A stretch of 38,151 nt of DNA, taken from IMG/VR virus record IMGVR_UViG_3300012914_000005, positions 1-38,151 of that record, one strand, 5' to 3'. The notes below the pieces were generated by a model that worked only from the letters and a program-made list of their open reading frames with translations, searched no databases and had not been told where the DNA came from. The first letter of the stretch is position 1; every line of letters starts with the position of its first letter. The translations under genes and the position numbers were made by a program. This DNA comes from a virus. Lineage: Duplodnaviria; Caudoviricetes. Positions 25,274 to 34,048 of this stretch are shown here, piece by piece.

Positions 25274-25807
25274 CTACTCTAGGGAGTCCATCGCGCGGCG
25301 GGCTGCCGCGTCGATCTCTTGCATGATGCGGGGTCCGCGCCGCTTCATTACGTCATCGAACCAGTGCCCCGGCCCGAATTGCTGGCTCACCCAGGCGTTG
25401 CGGTTGCCCGCGACCGGGTGCCGGAACGTCTTGCCGGAGTTGGTGAGCTTGAGCAGTGTCTGCTGGTCCGCCGGCAGATACTTCCCGTCAACCCTGATCC
25501 GCACACCGGTCCGAAAGCCGGAGTAGGTGATCTTACGCGTGATCCCCCGGCTGATGTTCTTGCGCAGTCCGGTGTGCTTGGGCAACCGGCCGGAGGCCGT
25601 GGTGTTGTGCGCCGACCTCCGGCTGCCCCCGCCGCCGGCAGTACCCTTGGCGTCCAGGCTCAGGATCGCCGCTTTCAGCTCCCGCTCAGCATCGGCGGTG
25701 GCCGACTTGATCGCCCGGTTCAGCTCTTTTCGGACCTCTTTCGGGGCGCGACGTAGACGCCCGGCGAGCTCGTTGAACCCCGGGCCGGGCGTCACGTCGA
25801 CGTCCAT
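25274..25807 (-). CDS. HK97 gp10-like tail/neck component
   Basis: basic; TGLRKNI, FRHPVAGNRNAWVSQ, WF motifs. Confidence 0.75.
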   Translation of the reverse strand: MDVDVTPGPGFNELAGRLRRAPKEVRKELNRAIKSATADAERELKAAILSLDAKGTAGGGGSRRSAHNTTASGRLPKHTGLRKNISRGITRKITYSGFRTGVRIRVDGKYLPADQQTLLKLTNSGKTFRHPVAGNRNAWVSQQFGPGHWFDDVMKRRGPRIMQEIDAAARRAMDSLE

Positions 25808-26818
25808 CTACAACGCCGTGTCGGCGGTGCGGTAGACCAGGTAGAACAATTCGTTCACGCCGTTGTAGGTCACGTCACCGGTCACGGAGATCACGCTGGT
25901 GTCCGTGGTCACCGGAGCCAGGATCGGCGCCGACAGGTACAGCTGAGGGATAGCCAGCTGCAGAGCCGAGTTACCCGCCCCGACCACTTCACCGGTCGTG
26001 TGGTTGATCACCACCGGCAGGCTGGTACCGGCCAGGTACGCCGTCCGCAGCGCGGTGTCGTTGTACTCGGCATCCCCGGCGAACACCGGGGAGAGCATCC
26101 CCACGGTCGGCTGATTGCGGCTGCCCAGCACCCATCGGCCGGTGTCGGCCGACTGGTCGACGGTCAATTTCCAGTTCCGGAAATTGCCGAAAGGCGTTGC
26201 GGCCGTAGCCAGCGTGGTGGCAGTCGGGGCAGTGAAGGCCCCGCCGACGAACGCTGAGCCCTGGCTGGCATCGAACAGAAACGCGCCGGCCGTGAAACTG
26301 GCCGTAGCCAGCGCGGTGGCGGTGGTGAACGCCCGGGCATCGAACGTCACGCTGATGGTCAGAATGCCGTCTTCTGGGCACTCAATCTCGAAAGAGACCG
26401 CGGTGCAACCGGAATAGGTCTCCGCGTCGACCACGCCGTCGTTGCGCACCTTGCCGACCTGGATGGTGTACGACTTGAGCACGGTTCCGGCGATGCCGGT
26501 TGCGTGATTCTGCTGGAACAGTGCTCCGGCGACCACGGTGCTGGTCGAGAGACCGTGGGCCGCTTCCAGCAGCACCCCGCCCTGCCGGCTGGCCAGCTCG
26601 GTCTTGATCGTGATGACGCCCTGGCCGATCGGCAGCACCCGGCGGTCGCCCCGCCACCCACGCTTAGTGCTGACGAACACGCTCTGACCCTGGCGCTGGC
26701 GGGTGTTCCAGTCGGCCGAGGTGCCGTCCAGGAACGGGTAGAACCTGGTCACCGTGACCGGGGTGTTGTAGACGGTCTCAGCGGCCATGCCGACCTGGTT
26801 GTCGGTGAGGTTAGCCAT
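25808..26818 (-). CDS. major tail (tube) protein
   Basis: QVGMAAETVYNTPVTVTRF, SYTIQVG, YSGC; size and position. Confidence 0.85.
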   Translation of the reverse strand: MANLTDNQVGMAAETVYNTPVTVTRFYPFLDGTSADWNTRQRQGQSVFVSTKRGWRGDRRVLPIGQGVITIKTELASRQGGVLLEAAHGLSTSTVVAGALFQQNHATGIAGTVLKSYTIQVGKVRNDGVVDAETYSGCTAVSFEIECPEDGILTISVTFDARAFTTATALATASFTAGAFLFDASQGSAFVGGAFTAPTATTLATAATPFGNFRNWKLTVDQSADTGRWVLGSRNQPTVGMLSPVFAGDAEYNDTALRTAYLAGTSLPVVINHTTGEVVGAGNSALQLAIPQLYLSAPILAPVTTDTSVISVTGDVTYNGVNELFYLVYRTADTAL

Positions 26819-27138
26819 TACTTGTCACCACCTTTCGGGCTCGTCTTGGTCTCGACCTTTTCCCAGAGTTCGCCCTGGGCCAGCAGACCGTGGCCGAGGT
26901 CGTGCACGGACCGTGTCTGCCCGTCCTCGGCCAGCCTGGTCTCCATGAACGCCAGGTCGTCGCCGTCCTTCGGTGCGCGCCAGTGCGGCCCGGCTCCGGC
27001 GATCTCGTCCGGGACGTCGATGACCTGGCCGGCGAGTACGTACTCGTCCAGCCCGGCGGTGTGCAGCACAGGGACCACGCGCGCGTGACGTTCGTCGCTG
27101 CCCGGACTCGGGTCCGGATCAATCAGTCGTACTCTCAT
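26818..27138 (-). CDS. hypothetical virion-region protein
   Basis: GLLAQGELWE motif common before actinophage tail tube genes; TAATG coupling. Confidence 0.7.
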   Translation of the reverse strand: MRVRLIDPDPSPGSDERHARVVPVLHTAGLDEYVLAGQVIDVPDEIAGAGPHWRAPKDGDDLAFMETRLAEDGQTRSVHDLGHGLLAQGELWEKVETKTSPKGGDK

Positions 27139-27139
27139 A

Positions 27140-27664
27140 TCAGACCCTTGTCCTGACGGTGACGGTAAATTCCCACTCAGCGGTGTATCCGCTTTCCAGG
27201 TACTGCAGCAGGGTCCCAGCGGTAACCCATGCCCGGACGATGACACCCCCGATGGTAGCCGAGGCGTCGATACCCAGGCTTGGGTCCGACCTGCAGATAC
27301 TCGCCACAGCGTCGATCACCGCCAGCGCCCGGTCCCGTGCTTCCTTGGCGGACTCGGCCGAGTCCATCACCGCCCGGCAGTTGATCGACAGAACCTCATC
27401 CCGGGGGCGGACAGCGGAAGCGCTGGGCCCGGCACTCAGCTGGGTATCGGCGGCGGGTTCCTGGGCTTCGGGGTCCGGTCCTCCGAACCCGATAATCAGG
27501 TGGGCACTGCGGCCGTAGTCCTCCCCCGATCGGAATTGGGGCCCGTCCCAGACAGTGATCAGGGACTCGCTGGCACTCTGGTCGTCCGGCGCCCGGAACG
27601 TGTCCGGCAGCGCCAGCGAGCGGGCGATCAAGGCATCGATCACCTGGGCGATGCGTGTCTGCAT
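27140..27664 (-). CDS. tail terminator/completion protein
   Basis: VWDGP, ARDRALAVIDAVASICRSDPSLG, FTVTVRTRV; position. Confidence 0.7.
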   Translation of the reverse strand: MQTRIAQVIDALIARSLALPDTFRAPDDQSASESLITVWDGPQFRSGEDYGRSAHLIIGFGGPDPEAQEPAADTQLSAGPSASAVRPRDEVLSINCRAVMDSAESAKEARDRALAVIDAVASICRSDPSLGIDASATIGGVIVRAWVTAGTLLQYLESGYTAEWEFTVTVRTRV

Positions 27665-27798
27665 CAGAGCGCTCCGGGGATGACGAATTCGAGGATGTTC
27701 CAGGACCACCGGGCCACGGTGATCACCAGGGTCAGGCCGACGAACATGGCCACCACCCCCGCCACCCAGGCGGCGGTCCAGTGGAGCACGGTGCTCAC
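27664..27798 (-). CDS. 44 aa membrane microprotein (MSTVLHWTAAWVAGVV...)
   Basis: GTGA and TGATG couplings; hydrophobic. Confidence 0.6.
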   Translation of the reverse strand: MSTVLHWTAAWVAGVVAMFVGLTLVITVARWSWNILEFVIPGAL

Positions 27799-28601
27799 AG
27801 GCCCGGCCCTGCTGCGCCCCGCCACGCCACAACGACGCGGTTCGGAATCAGGTAGCCCGGGCCCTGGGAAAAGTCGGGCTCGTCCTGGCGGGGGATGCCG
27901 GAACCGCCCCGCCGGCTGGCCATCAGGTGCCGAACCATCTCGATGCAGCCCTCCCGGACCCCGGCCGGGACCGGGCCGGTGATGCCGGCGACGTAGCTGA
28001 CCTTGACCCGCCCCCGCCGGCCGGTGCTGTAGACGCCGAACACCCGGCCGGTCTTGAGGTTGACGTCGTAGTCACTGATCACGACTGGGGTGCCGTCGAC
28101 CGACATCGCGGTGATCTCGATGATGGGATTGCGGGAGAGCTGGAAGCTGGCCCCGCCGTCCTGGATCTCGTCCGTGACCACGGTCCGGCGCCAGGTCTTG
28201 CACGTGCCCTCGGGTCCTTCACAGATGTCGGACGCCTGCAGGATTGCAGCCATCAAGTCGTCATCGGTGTCGGTCCGGCGGATCTTGAGCGCCTGCCGGA
28301 CCTCATCCAGCGAGACGATCCCGACCGCCGGATACTCCACCTGGTAACTCTCGCTGGATGCACCGGCATTGGCGCCGGTAACGATCCAGGTCACGACGTA
28401 CACCCCGGGCTCCAGCGTGAGCCAGGTCGCCCGGTAGAGGCCCAGGGACGGGTGAGCGATCGGCAGGTTTCCCAGGCCGGTGGACGCCACCACGGCGCCG
28501 TTCAGCCGCAGTTCGACCGTGACCGTGCCGCCATCGGCCAGGGCCCCGGTTGAGTCGTAGATCTGCGTCCCCAGCTGAAGGACGTCACCGACTTCTGTCA
28601 T
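27795..28601 (-). CDS. head-to-tail adaptor with N-terminal Ig-like domain
   Basis: IVSLDEVRQALK...DDDL, VSYVAG...VPAGVREGC gp6/gp15-like pattern. Confidence 0.8.
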   Translation of the reverse strand: MTEVGDVLQLGTQIYDSTGALADGGTVTVELRLNGAVVASTGLGNLPIAHPSLGLYRATWLTLEPGVYVVTWIVTGANAGASSESYQVEYPAVGIVSLDEVRQALKIRRTDTDDDLMAAILQASDICEGPEGTCKTWRRTVVTDEIQDGGASFQLSRNPIIEITAMSVDGTPVVISDYDVNLKTGRVFGVYSTGRRGRVKVSYVAGITGPVPAGVREGCIEMVRHLMASRRGGSGIPRQDEPDFSQGPGYLIPNRVVVAWRGAAGPGL

Positions 28602-28611
28602 GGTGCTGATC

Positions 28612-29301
28612 CTAGCTCTGGACGATCACGGACAGGGACGTGGGGAACGCGCCGACCTGGGTGAACAGCGCCCCGCCGATGTTCTGGTAGCAGACCAGCT
28701 CGTAGTAGTCGCCAGCCACGGGCATGTCGGTGGCCACCTCCGAGAACCCCATGTGCGCGCCGATCGCCCCGCGGACGTCCTCGAGGAGCAGAGTCGCACC
28801 GTTCTTCCGGATGCTGACCGACCGCACGCCGGACGCGTTGCTGACGAAATCCACCGCCACGGTCAGCACGACCACCGTTCCCCCGGCTTCCGGTGGGACC
28901 GTGATCCGGGTCGGGGTGGCGATGTCCCACCAATCTCCCCGGTATTCGAACGAGCTGGCGGTGAACTGGATCGGGGTGGACACCCCGTTGGGCAGGCTCT
29001 GGCCGGTGGTCCGGACCACCTTGGCCCCCTGGACGCCCGGGCGGGCGGTGGCCGCCACGAAAATCGGATCAGCGACCAGCTGGTCCAGGGAGGCGATGAT
29101 CTGTCCACCGGTGCCGATCACGAGATCTACCTCCAAGAGCTGAGTCCAGTCGAACGGGACGGGGCCGGCGAGCAGGGCGCTCAGCGGGGCTGGGCCCTGC
29201 TCCTCGAGGAACAGGGCGGGGCGGGGGCCGCCGTTCTGGTCACCGTAGCTGGTCGCCGCTGCGACGGCGGGGGCGGCTGGGTAGGTCCAGCCCAAGATCA
29301 C
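28612..29301 (-). CDS. accessory virion protein with beta-sandwich C-terminus
   Basis: C-terminus resembles 19261-19815 (PTRITVP / AGDYYEL..YQ..GG). Confidence 0.65.
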   Translation of the reverse strand: MILGWTYPAAPAVAAATSYGDQNGGPRPALFLEEQGPAPLSALLAGPVPFDWTQLLEVDLVIGTGGQIIASLDQLVADPIFVAATARPGVQGAKVVRTTGQSLPNGVSTPIQFTASSFEYRGDWWDIATPTRITVPPEAGGTVVVLTVAVDFVSNASGVRSVSIRKNGATLLLEDVRGAIGAHMGFSEVATDMPVAGDYYELVCYQNIGGALFTQVGAFPTSLSVIVQS

Positions 29302-30962
29302 GTGATCACCACGTCGCGGAAGCTGACCGCGGTGGACGAGCTGGCCGCGGTCACGTGCAGATACCCACCGCGGTAGGTCGTGTCCGAGGTCGTGACTGCC
29401 GTGCTGGCCACGTCGGTGCGCTGCAGCGTGACCGTGGTCGGGCTGACCGTGATCGTGAACGTGAGCCAGGCCCCTGCCACCGCTGCCGTGGTCGCCTGGG
29501 TGACGCCCAGCTGGACGCCGGCCCCGTTGCCGGCGTTGTGCAGGAACAGCTGCAGCTGTCCGTTGGCACGGAACACGGCGTGGTACCCGCCGGTGTTCGA
29601 GGTCGACTGGTGGGTGTAGCGGACGTCGTCGGCGTGGCCGAAGATGAAGTCGCCGTGCGTGGTCAGGTCCCCGGGCAGGGTGGTCCAGCGCATCGCGTAG
29701 GTGATCTGGTAGCTACCGGCCGCGCCGGCCACCGGCGACAGGGAGCCCAGCAGCAGGGAGCTGGTGATCGCCGGGGGCAGCACCACGGCCCGGTTGGCAG
29801 GGTCCCAGGTGGTGACCTGGCTGGCCGATCCGTCGATGTCGCCTGGCCACCGGACACCGGCGCCGAACTGGCTGGCGGTGGCCAGGGCCGTGCTGGCCGA
29901 GACGTAGGTGACGCCGCTGCACATCATCCCCTTGACACCGAGGTTGGTGAACCGGGCCAGCTCGTGCCGGCGGTGGACCTCGTAGACGATGACTGGCAGC
30001 CCCCTGCTGACCACGTAGGTGATCTCGGCGTCGGACATCGTGCTGACCACGCCGAGGATGTCTGCTTGCGCCGCGGTCGCGTCGACGATCGCAGTGGACT
30101 CGCCGCCGGAGAAGTAGGCCCAGGTCTTGTACCCGGCTGCCTTGACCGTGGCGGCATGGGCCGGGATTCCGCCGGCCGGCTCACGGAAGAACTTGTAAAC
30201 GAACTGATCCTTGTTGCCCGAAAGTGCCCAGAGCGCAAGCATTTTCTGCATGTTCGACGTCGAGCCGTTCTTGTTCTCGACGATCGTGCACACCTGTCCG
30301 GCCAGGTCGGCGCACACCTCGGAGTAGAGCGGTACGGGCTGGTTCGCCCAGCCGACGCCCAGCGTGGCGGCGCCGGAATCGACGATGTCCGAGGCTGAGA
30401 TCTCGGCCCAAGTGTGGGTATTCGTCGCGCCGGTGAGGGTCGAGGTCCGGTCCATCGTGAGATCGTGGAAGCAGACCAGGTGTCCGTCCAGGGTGCTCTG
30501 CACCGACACCTCGACCACGTCCACCTGTGGTTTGGCCGCCGCCTGCCGGTAGGCGGCCCAGGTGTGCTCCGGGTAGGTGTCTCCCTCTCCCCGGTGGGCC
30601 AGGTAGTAGACCGAGCCCCGGGCCAGCACCGCGTCCATGGTCGGCGCGCTGCCGGTCCGTTCTTCCAGCACCCGCTTGGTGATGGTCGCGGCCAGCAGGT
30701 CCCCGGCGGTGATCGTCCGGGCGGTGGTCGACTCGCTGGCCCGGACCAGGGTGAGCACGTCCCCGGCCCGGGCCATCACCCGGACGATCTCAGCATTGAC
30801 CGGGTCCGGGATTGCCCCGGCCGGCCAGACGGTCGCCTGGAACGGCGCCGCCGGCATCCGGGCCCCGTGCCCGGCGGTCAGGGTGAGGGTGGTGCCGGAG
30901 CTGGCAGGGGCCGGGCCGGTGGCCACGGTGCCGATTGCCAGGTTCGCGAGTGCGTCTGCCAT
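29298..30962 (-). CDS. virion-associated glycerophosphodiester phosphodiesterase (GDPD) domain protein
   Basis: AHRG...YPEHT, VEVSVQSTLDGHLVCFHDLTMDRTS, IVENK; extra N- and C-terminal beta domains. Confidence 0.85.
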   Translation of the reverse strand: MADALANLAIGTVATGPAPASSGTTLTLTAGHGARMPAAPFQATVWPAGAIPDPVNAEIVRVMARAGDVLTLVRASESTTARTITAGDLLAATITKRVLEERTGSAPTMDAVLARGSVYYLAHRGEGDTYPEHTWAAYRQAAAKPQVDVVEVSVQSTLDGHLVCFHDLTMDRTSTLTGATNTHTWAEISASDIVDSGAATLGVGWANQPVPLYSEVCADLAGQVCTIVENKNGSTSNMQKMLALWALSGNKDQFVYKFFREPAGGIPAHAATVKAAGYKTWAYFSGGESTAIVDATAAQADILGVVSTMSDAEITYVVSRGLPVIVYEVHRRHELARFTNLGVKGMMCSGVTYVSASTALATASQFGAGVRWPGDIDGSASQVTTWDPANRAVVLPPAITSSLLLGSLSPVAGAAGSYQITYAMRWTTLPGDLTTHGDFIFGHADDVRYTHQSTSNTGGYHAVFRANGQLQLFLHNAGNGAGVQLGVTQATTAAVAGAWLTFTITVSPTTVTLQRTDVASTAVTTSDTTYRGGYLHVTAASSSTAVSFRDVVIT

Positions 30963-30966
30963 GGGG

Positions 30967-31275
30967 TCAGGATAGAGGCCCCACCGCGATCACGTGCAGC
31001 TCAGCTCCCGCGGCGATCGAGAGAAGGGAGCCGTTGTTCGTGGTCACGGTGCACCCGGTCTGGGTCCGGGTCCCCGGCTTCAGCACCGCCGTCAGGTTGC
31101 CCAGGACCACCCCGCCGCCTCCGATCCCGCACGTCACGGTGTAGCCCCCGTCCGCGAACGGCAAGGCCCAGGTGACCACGTGGTCGGCCGACCCCACGGA
31201 GAGCAGGGGCAGCGACTTCTGGAAGGTCTGGGTTTCGTTGCCGGTGGTCGCGGGCGGCCAGAGGTGCAGCGGCAT
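30967..31275 (-). CDS. small accessory virion protein
   Basis: TGATG coupling; VTWALPFADGGYTV resembles H-lectin/gp53-like domains. Confidence 0.6.
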   Translation of the reverse strand: MPLHLWPPATTGNETQTFQKSLPLLSVGSADHVVTWALPFADGGYTVTCGIGGGGVVLGNLTAVLKPGTRTQTGCTVTTNNGSLLSIAAGAELHVIAVGPLS

Positions 31276-31586
31276 CAGTGGGCCACCGTGACCATGACCG
31301 TACCGGTGCCGGCCGACAGGACCCCGGAAACCGGCCCGACGTACGGCAGCACCCGGGGCAGCTCGTACAGCCCCTTGGGCGGCACCTGGACGGTGTACGC
31401 CGTGGTGCTGGCCGTCTCGGCCCAGGCCACGAACAGCACGCCGGTGGTGGCATTGAAGATCTGGCACTGGGCCCGGGAGTAGTCGGCCGGGCACAGCACG
31501 GCTGAGACGGTCGATACCGGGACCGGGACGACGGCTGCATCGTCGGTGACCGTGGTCGGGTACCCGCTGTTGTTGACTTGTTTCAT
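31275..31586 (-). CDS. small beta-rich hypothetical protein
   Basis: ATG 31586; R...IFN...LFV...YTVQVPP..LYELP...Y.GPVSG. Confidence 0.65.
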   Translation of the reverse strand: MKQVNNSGYPTTVTDDAAVVPVPVSTVSAVLCPADYSRAQCQIFNATTGVLFVAWAETASTTAYTVQVPPKGLYELPRVLPYVGPVSGVLSAGTGTVMVTVAH

Positions 31587-31652
31587 GATTCGGATTATCC
31601 GGGCCAGTATGCAGACCTGGATACCGCTGGAGACTGACACTTTTCGGTGTAA

Positions 31653-31693
31653 ACAGCAGCACCGCCCCGGTAACGTCGGGGCGGTGCTGCTGT
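31653..31693 (-). terminator. intrinsic terminator after capsid-region genes
   Basis: ACAGCAGCACCGCCCCG/CGGGGCGGTGCTGCTGT long stem ending in TTT on the minus strand. Confidence 0.75.
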
Positions 31694-31716
31694 GGTCTGG
31701 CGAACCAGAGTGGATC

Positions 31717-32037
31717 TTAGCCGTTCTGGCGACCGCCGGACACGTTCCGGTTCCGGGGCGCGTTGTCCCGGGCGTGCTGGTCCGACTTGGCCTGGTCCTG
31801 CCGCTTCTGGGCAGCCACGGTCGGCGCGTCGGGGTTGGTCTTGCGCTCCACTGCTTCCATGTCGTCGTCCTGCTTCCGGAGCCAGTCGGCCAGCTCCTGA
31901 TTCGCGGCCCTGCCGTTCTCGTCCAGGCCCCCGAAAACCTCCGGGGAGGTGAGCCGGTCGGCCATGTGGGCGAAGCTCTCACCCGTGCTGTTCTGCAGCA
32001 GGATGTAGTTCTCTTTGATGTCACCGGTGATTGCCAT
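31717..32037 (-). CDS. hypothetical protein
   Basis: GGAG RBS; typical codon usage. Confidence 0.75.
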   Translation of the reverse strand: MAITGDIKENYILLQNSTGESFAHMADRLTSPEVFGGLDENGRAANQELADWLRKQDDDMEAVERKTNPDAPTVAAQKRQDQAKSDQHARDNAPRNRNVSGGRQNG

Positions 32038-32071
32038 GGTGCTCCGTTCGATCGGGTGGGTGTCGTCCGGC

Positions 32072-32146
32072 TCAGGCTACCAAGCCGGTGCCGAACAAGA
32101 TGATCGTCATCAGCAGAGCGCTGATGACGATGTGGCCGACGCTCAC
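32072..32146 (-). CDS. 24 aa hydrophobic peptide (MSVGHIVISALLMTIILFGTGLVA)
   Basis: GTGA coupling; a single TM helix. Confidence 0.4.
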   Translation of the reverse strand: MSVGHIVISALLMTIILFGTGLVA

Positions 32147-32292
32147 GACTGCTCGGTGCCCAGTTCGCGCCGGACGACGGACCGTTCCGTGGCGGAGTCG
32201 CCGGTGAGCTCGGATTCCTTCTCGTCGGACTCGGCCAGGGCCAGCTCACGGTCGGTGTAGGCAGGCTCGTCGGGGTGCTGAATTTTGTCCAT
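32143..32292 (-). CDS. 49 aa acidic hypothetical protein (MDKIQHPDEPAY...)
   Basis: -10-like TACCGT 6 nt before ATG (leaderless); typical codon usage. Confidence 0.55.
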   Translation of the reverse strand: MDKIQHPDEPAYTDRELALAESDEKESELTGDSATERSVVRRELGTEQS

Positions 32293-32351
32293 GCCGCCAC
32301 GGTAAACCGGCCGGGCGCAGCGTGCACACCCGACCGGCCTGGTAGTTCAGA

Positions 32352-33845
32352 TCAGAATGCCGGGGCAACCTGACCGTTGACCGTGGTGTCCAGCCCACCG
32401 ATCTTGCCGGTGGCGCCGGGGTACCGGCCCGCGGTGAACGCCGCGTACGAGTAGACGACCAGCTTGGTGGTCAGGGACCCGCCGGTGGTCTGCTCGAACT
32501 TCAGCTCGGTCGGCGCGCCGGTGCCCTCCTCCCACAGGTGGTACTCCGTGAGGTCAGAGACCAGCACGATGTCCTCACCGCCGGTGGCCGCACCCACCGC
32601 GGTCGGGATGTTCAGGTCGGTCAGCACCGGCAGGCCGGAGCTGTGGATACCGACGAACTGGTAGCCGTTGACGCCCAGGTCGGAGGTGTCGGCCGAGATC
32701 TGGCCGACCTGGGTGATGTTCCCCATGGCGTTGAAATTCGCGATGGTGTTGGCCGTGACGATCGGGCGCCCGGTCGTGTCGACCTGGCCGAGCAACCAGC
32801 CCCACCGACGCGGGTGCATCACGATGCACTTGCCCCAGATGCCGGCGCCGGCCGAGGTGACCGCCGTGATCTGACCGGCCAGCTTGAGGTTGAACAGGGT
32901 CGGGGTGATCGCCGCACCGTAGGCGGTGGCCGCGTTGATCCCGGCGGTGTTCAGGATGCCCATCATCTGCCCGGCGGTGCCGGAGCCGTTGATCTCCTGG
33001 TTGTCCACGTTGGCCGCGTGCGCCCGGGCCAGGTCGCCGTAGACGAACGCGTCGACCTGCTCACCGCGCTCCAGCGCCTGCCGAGCCACGTCCTGCTGGC
33101 CGGCGATGGTCACCACGGGCACGGTCAGGTCGGTCACGACCATGTCCGTGTTGCTAACCGCCGTGTTCTGGGTGGCCTGGATCGCGGTCGTGGTCCCCGT
33201 GGTCGCCCGCGGGATGATCAGCGACATGCCCCGGGCGGGTAGCTGGTGGCGATTGGACGCGTTCGCCAGCGGCCGGCCGAAGCGCAGCAGGGGCGCCGCC
33301 ATGTCGGTCAGGTACTGCGGGACCACGAGGCCGGCGAACGAGCCGGTGCTGGTCGCCCGCTCGTACTGGTCGGACTGGTCGACCCGGACCTCGTCGGCGT
33401 GGCGCTCCAGCCGACGCTTGGCCGAGTCGTCGAATTTCACGGTGGCCCGGTAGGCGTCCTGGAAGAACGACAACTTGTCGCGCTGGTTGGTCAGCTCGGA
33501 GTAGGTCCGGGCCTCCCGGGAGATCACGCCGTCGCCGGCCGGGACCGACCGGGTGCCGGCGACCGGGGCGACCGGAGCCGCGCCCGCGTTCGGGGCAATG
33601 CGGTTCATCAGTGCGGTGGCCCCGGCCTCCCGCTTGATCTCGTCGCTGAGCTCGGTCTCCCGGGCTTCCAGCGCTGAGATCTCGGAATCGATGGCGTCAC
33701 GGGCGGCGGTCGCGGCGGTGATCTGCTCCGCGGTGGCCGAGGTGTTGCCACGGATCTCGGTGAGAGCGGCCTGGGCGCCGGCACGGGCTTCCAGCTGGGT
33801 ACGCATCTGGGAGCGAATCTGCTCCCGGAGCTGTTCGAGCGTCAT
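32352..33845 (-). CDS. major capsid protein (HK97 fold with N-terminal scaffold/delta domain)
   Basis: coiled-coil N-terminus, GLVVPQYL, NGSGTAGQMMGILN, VMHPRRW, DTTGRP. Confidence 0.92.
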   Translation of the reverse strand: MTLEQLREQIRSQMRTQLEARAGAQAALTEIRGNTSATAEQITAATAARDAIDSEISALEARETELSDEIKREAGATALMNRIAPNAGAAPVAPVAGTRSVPAGDGVISREARTYSELTNQRDKLSFFQDAYRATVKFDDSAKRRLERHADEVRVDQSDQYERATSTGSFAGLVVPQYLTDMAAPLLRFGRPLANASNRHQLPARGMSLIIPRATTGTTTAIQATQNTAVSNTDMVVTDLTVPVVTIAGQQDVARQALERGEQVDAFVYGDLARAHAANVDNQEINGSGTAGQMMGILNTAGINAATAYGAAITPTLFNLKLAGQITAVTSAGAGIWGKCIVMHPRRWGWLLGQVDTTGRPIVTANTIANFNAMGNITQVGQISADTSDLGVNGYQFVGIHSSGLPVLTDLNIPTAVGAATGGEDIVLVSDLTEYHLWEEGTGAPTELKFEQTTGGSLTTKLVVYSYAAFTAGRYPGATGKIGGLDTTVNGQVAPAF

Positions 33846-33850
33846 GGTCT

Positions 33851-33905
33851 GTCCTCTGGTCTGGTAGTGCGATCATGGAAGTGATCGGCTCACAGACCAG
33901 AGGAC
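33851..33905 (-). promoter_or_regulatory. hairpin sequestering the capsid gene RBS
   Basis: 13 bp GTCCTCTGGTCTG/CAGACCAGAGGAC stem whose 3' arm contains GAGGA just upstream of ATG 33845. Confidence 0.55.
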
Positions 33906-34048
33906 CCCAAGCAGAGCGCAGGATCAGCAGCGCGCGTGCACGTTCGGGTGCAGGGTACCTCAGGGTGCGGAGTTGAAACGAGCCCCGGACGGTTCCGGCT
34001 CCGTCTCGGCCTCCGCCCGCCGCCGGGCCAGGGCGATCTCAAACCAGG

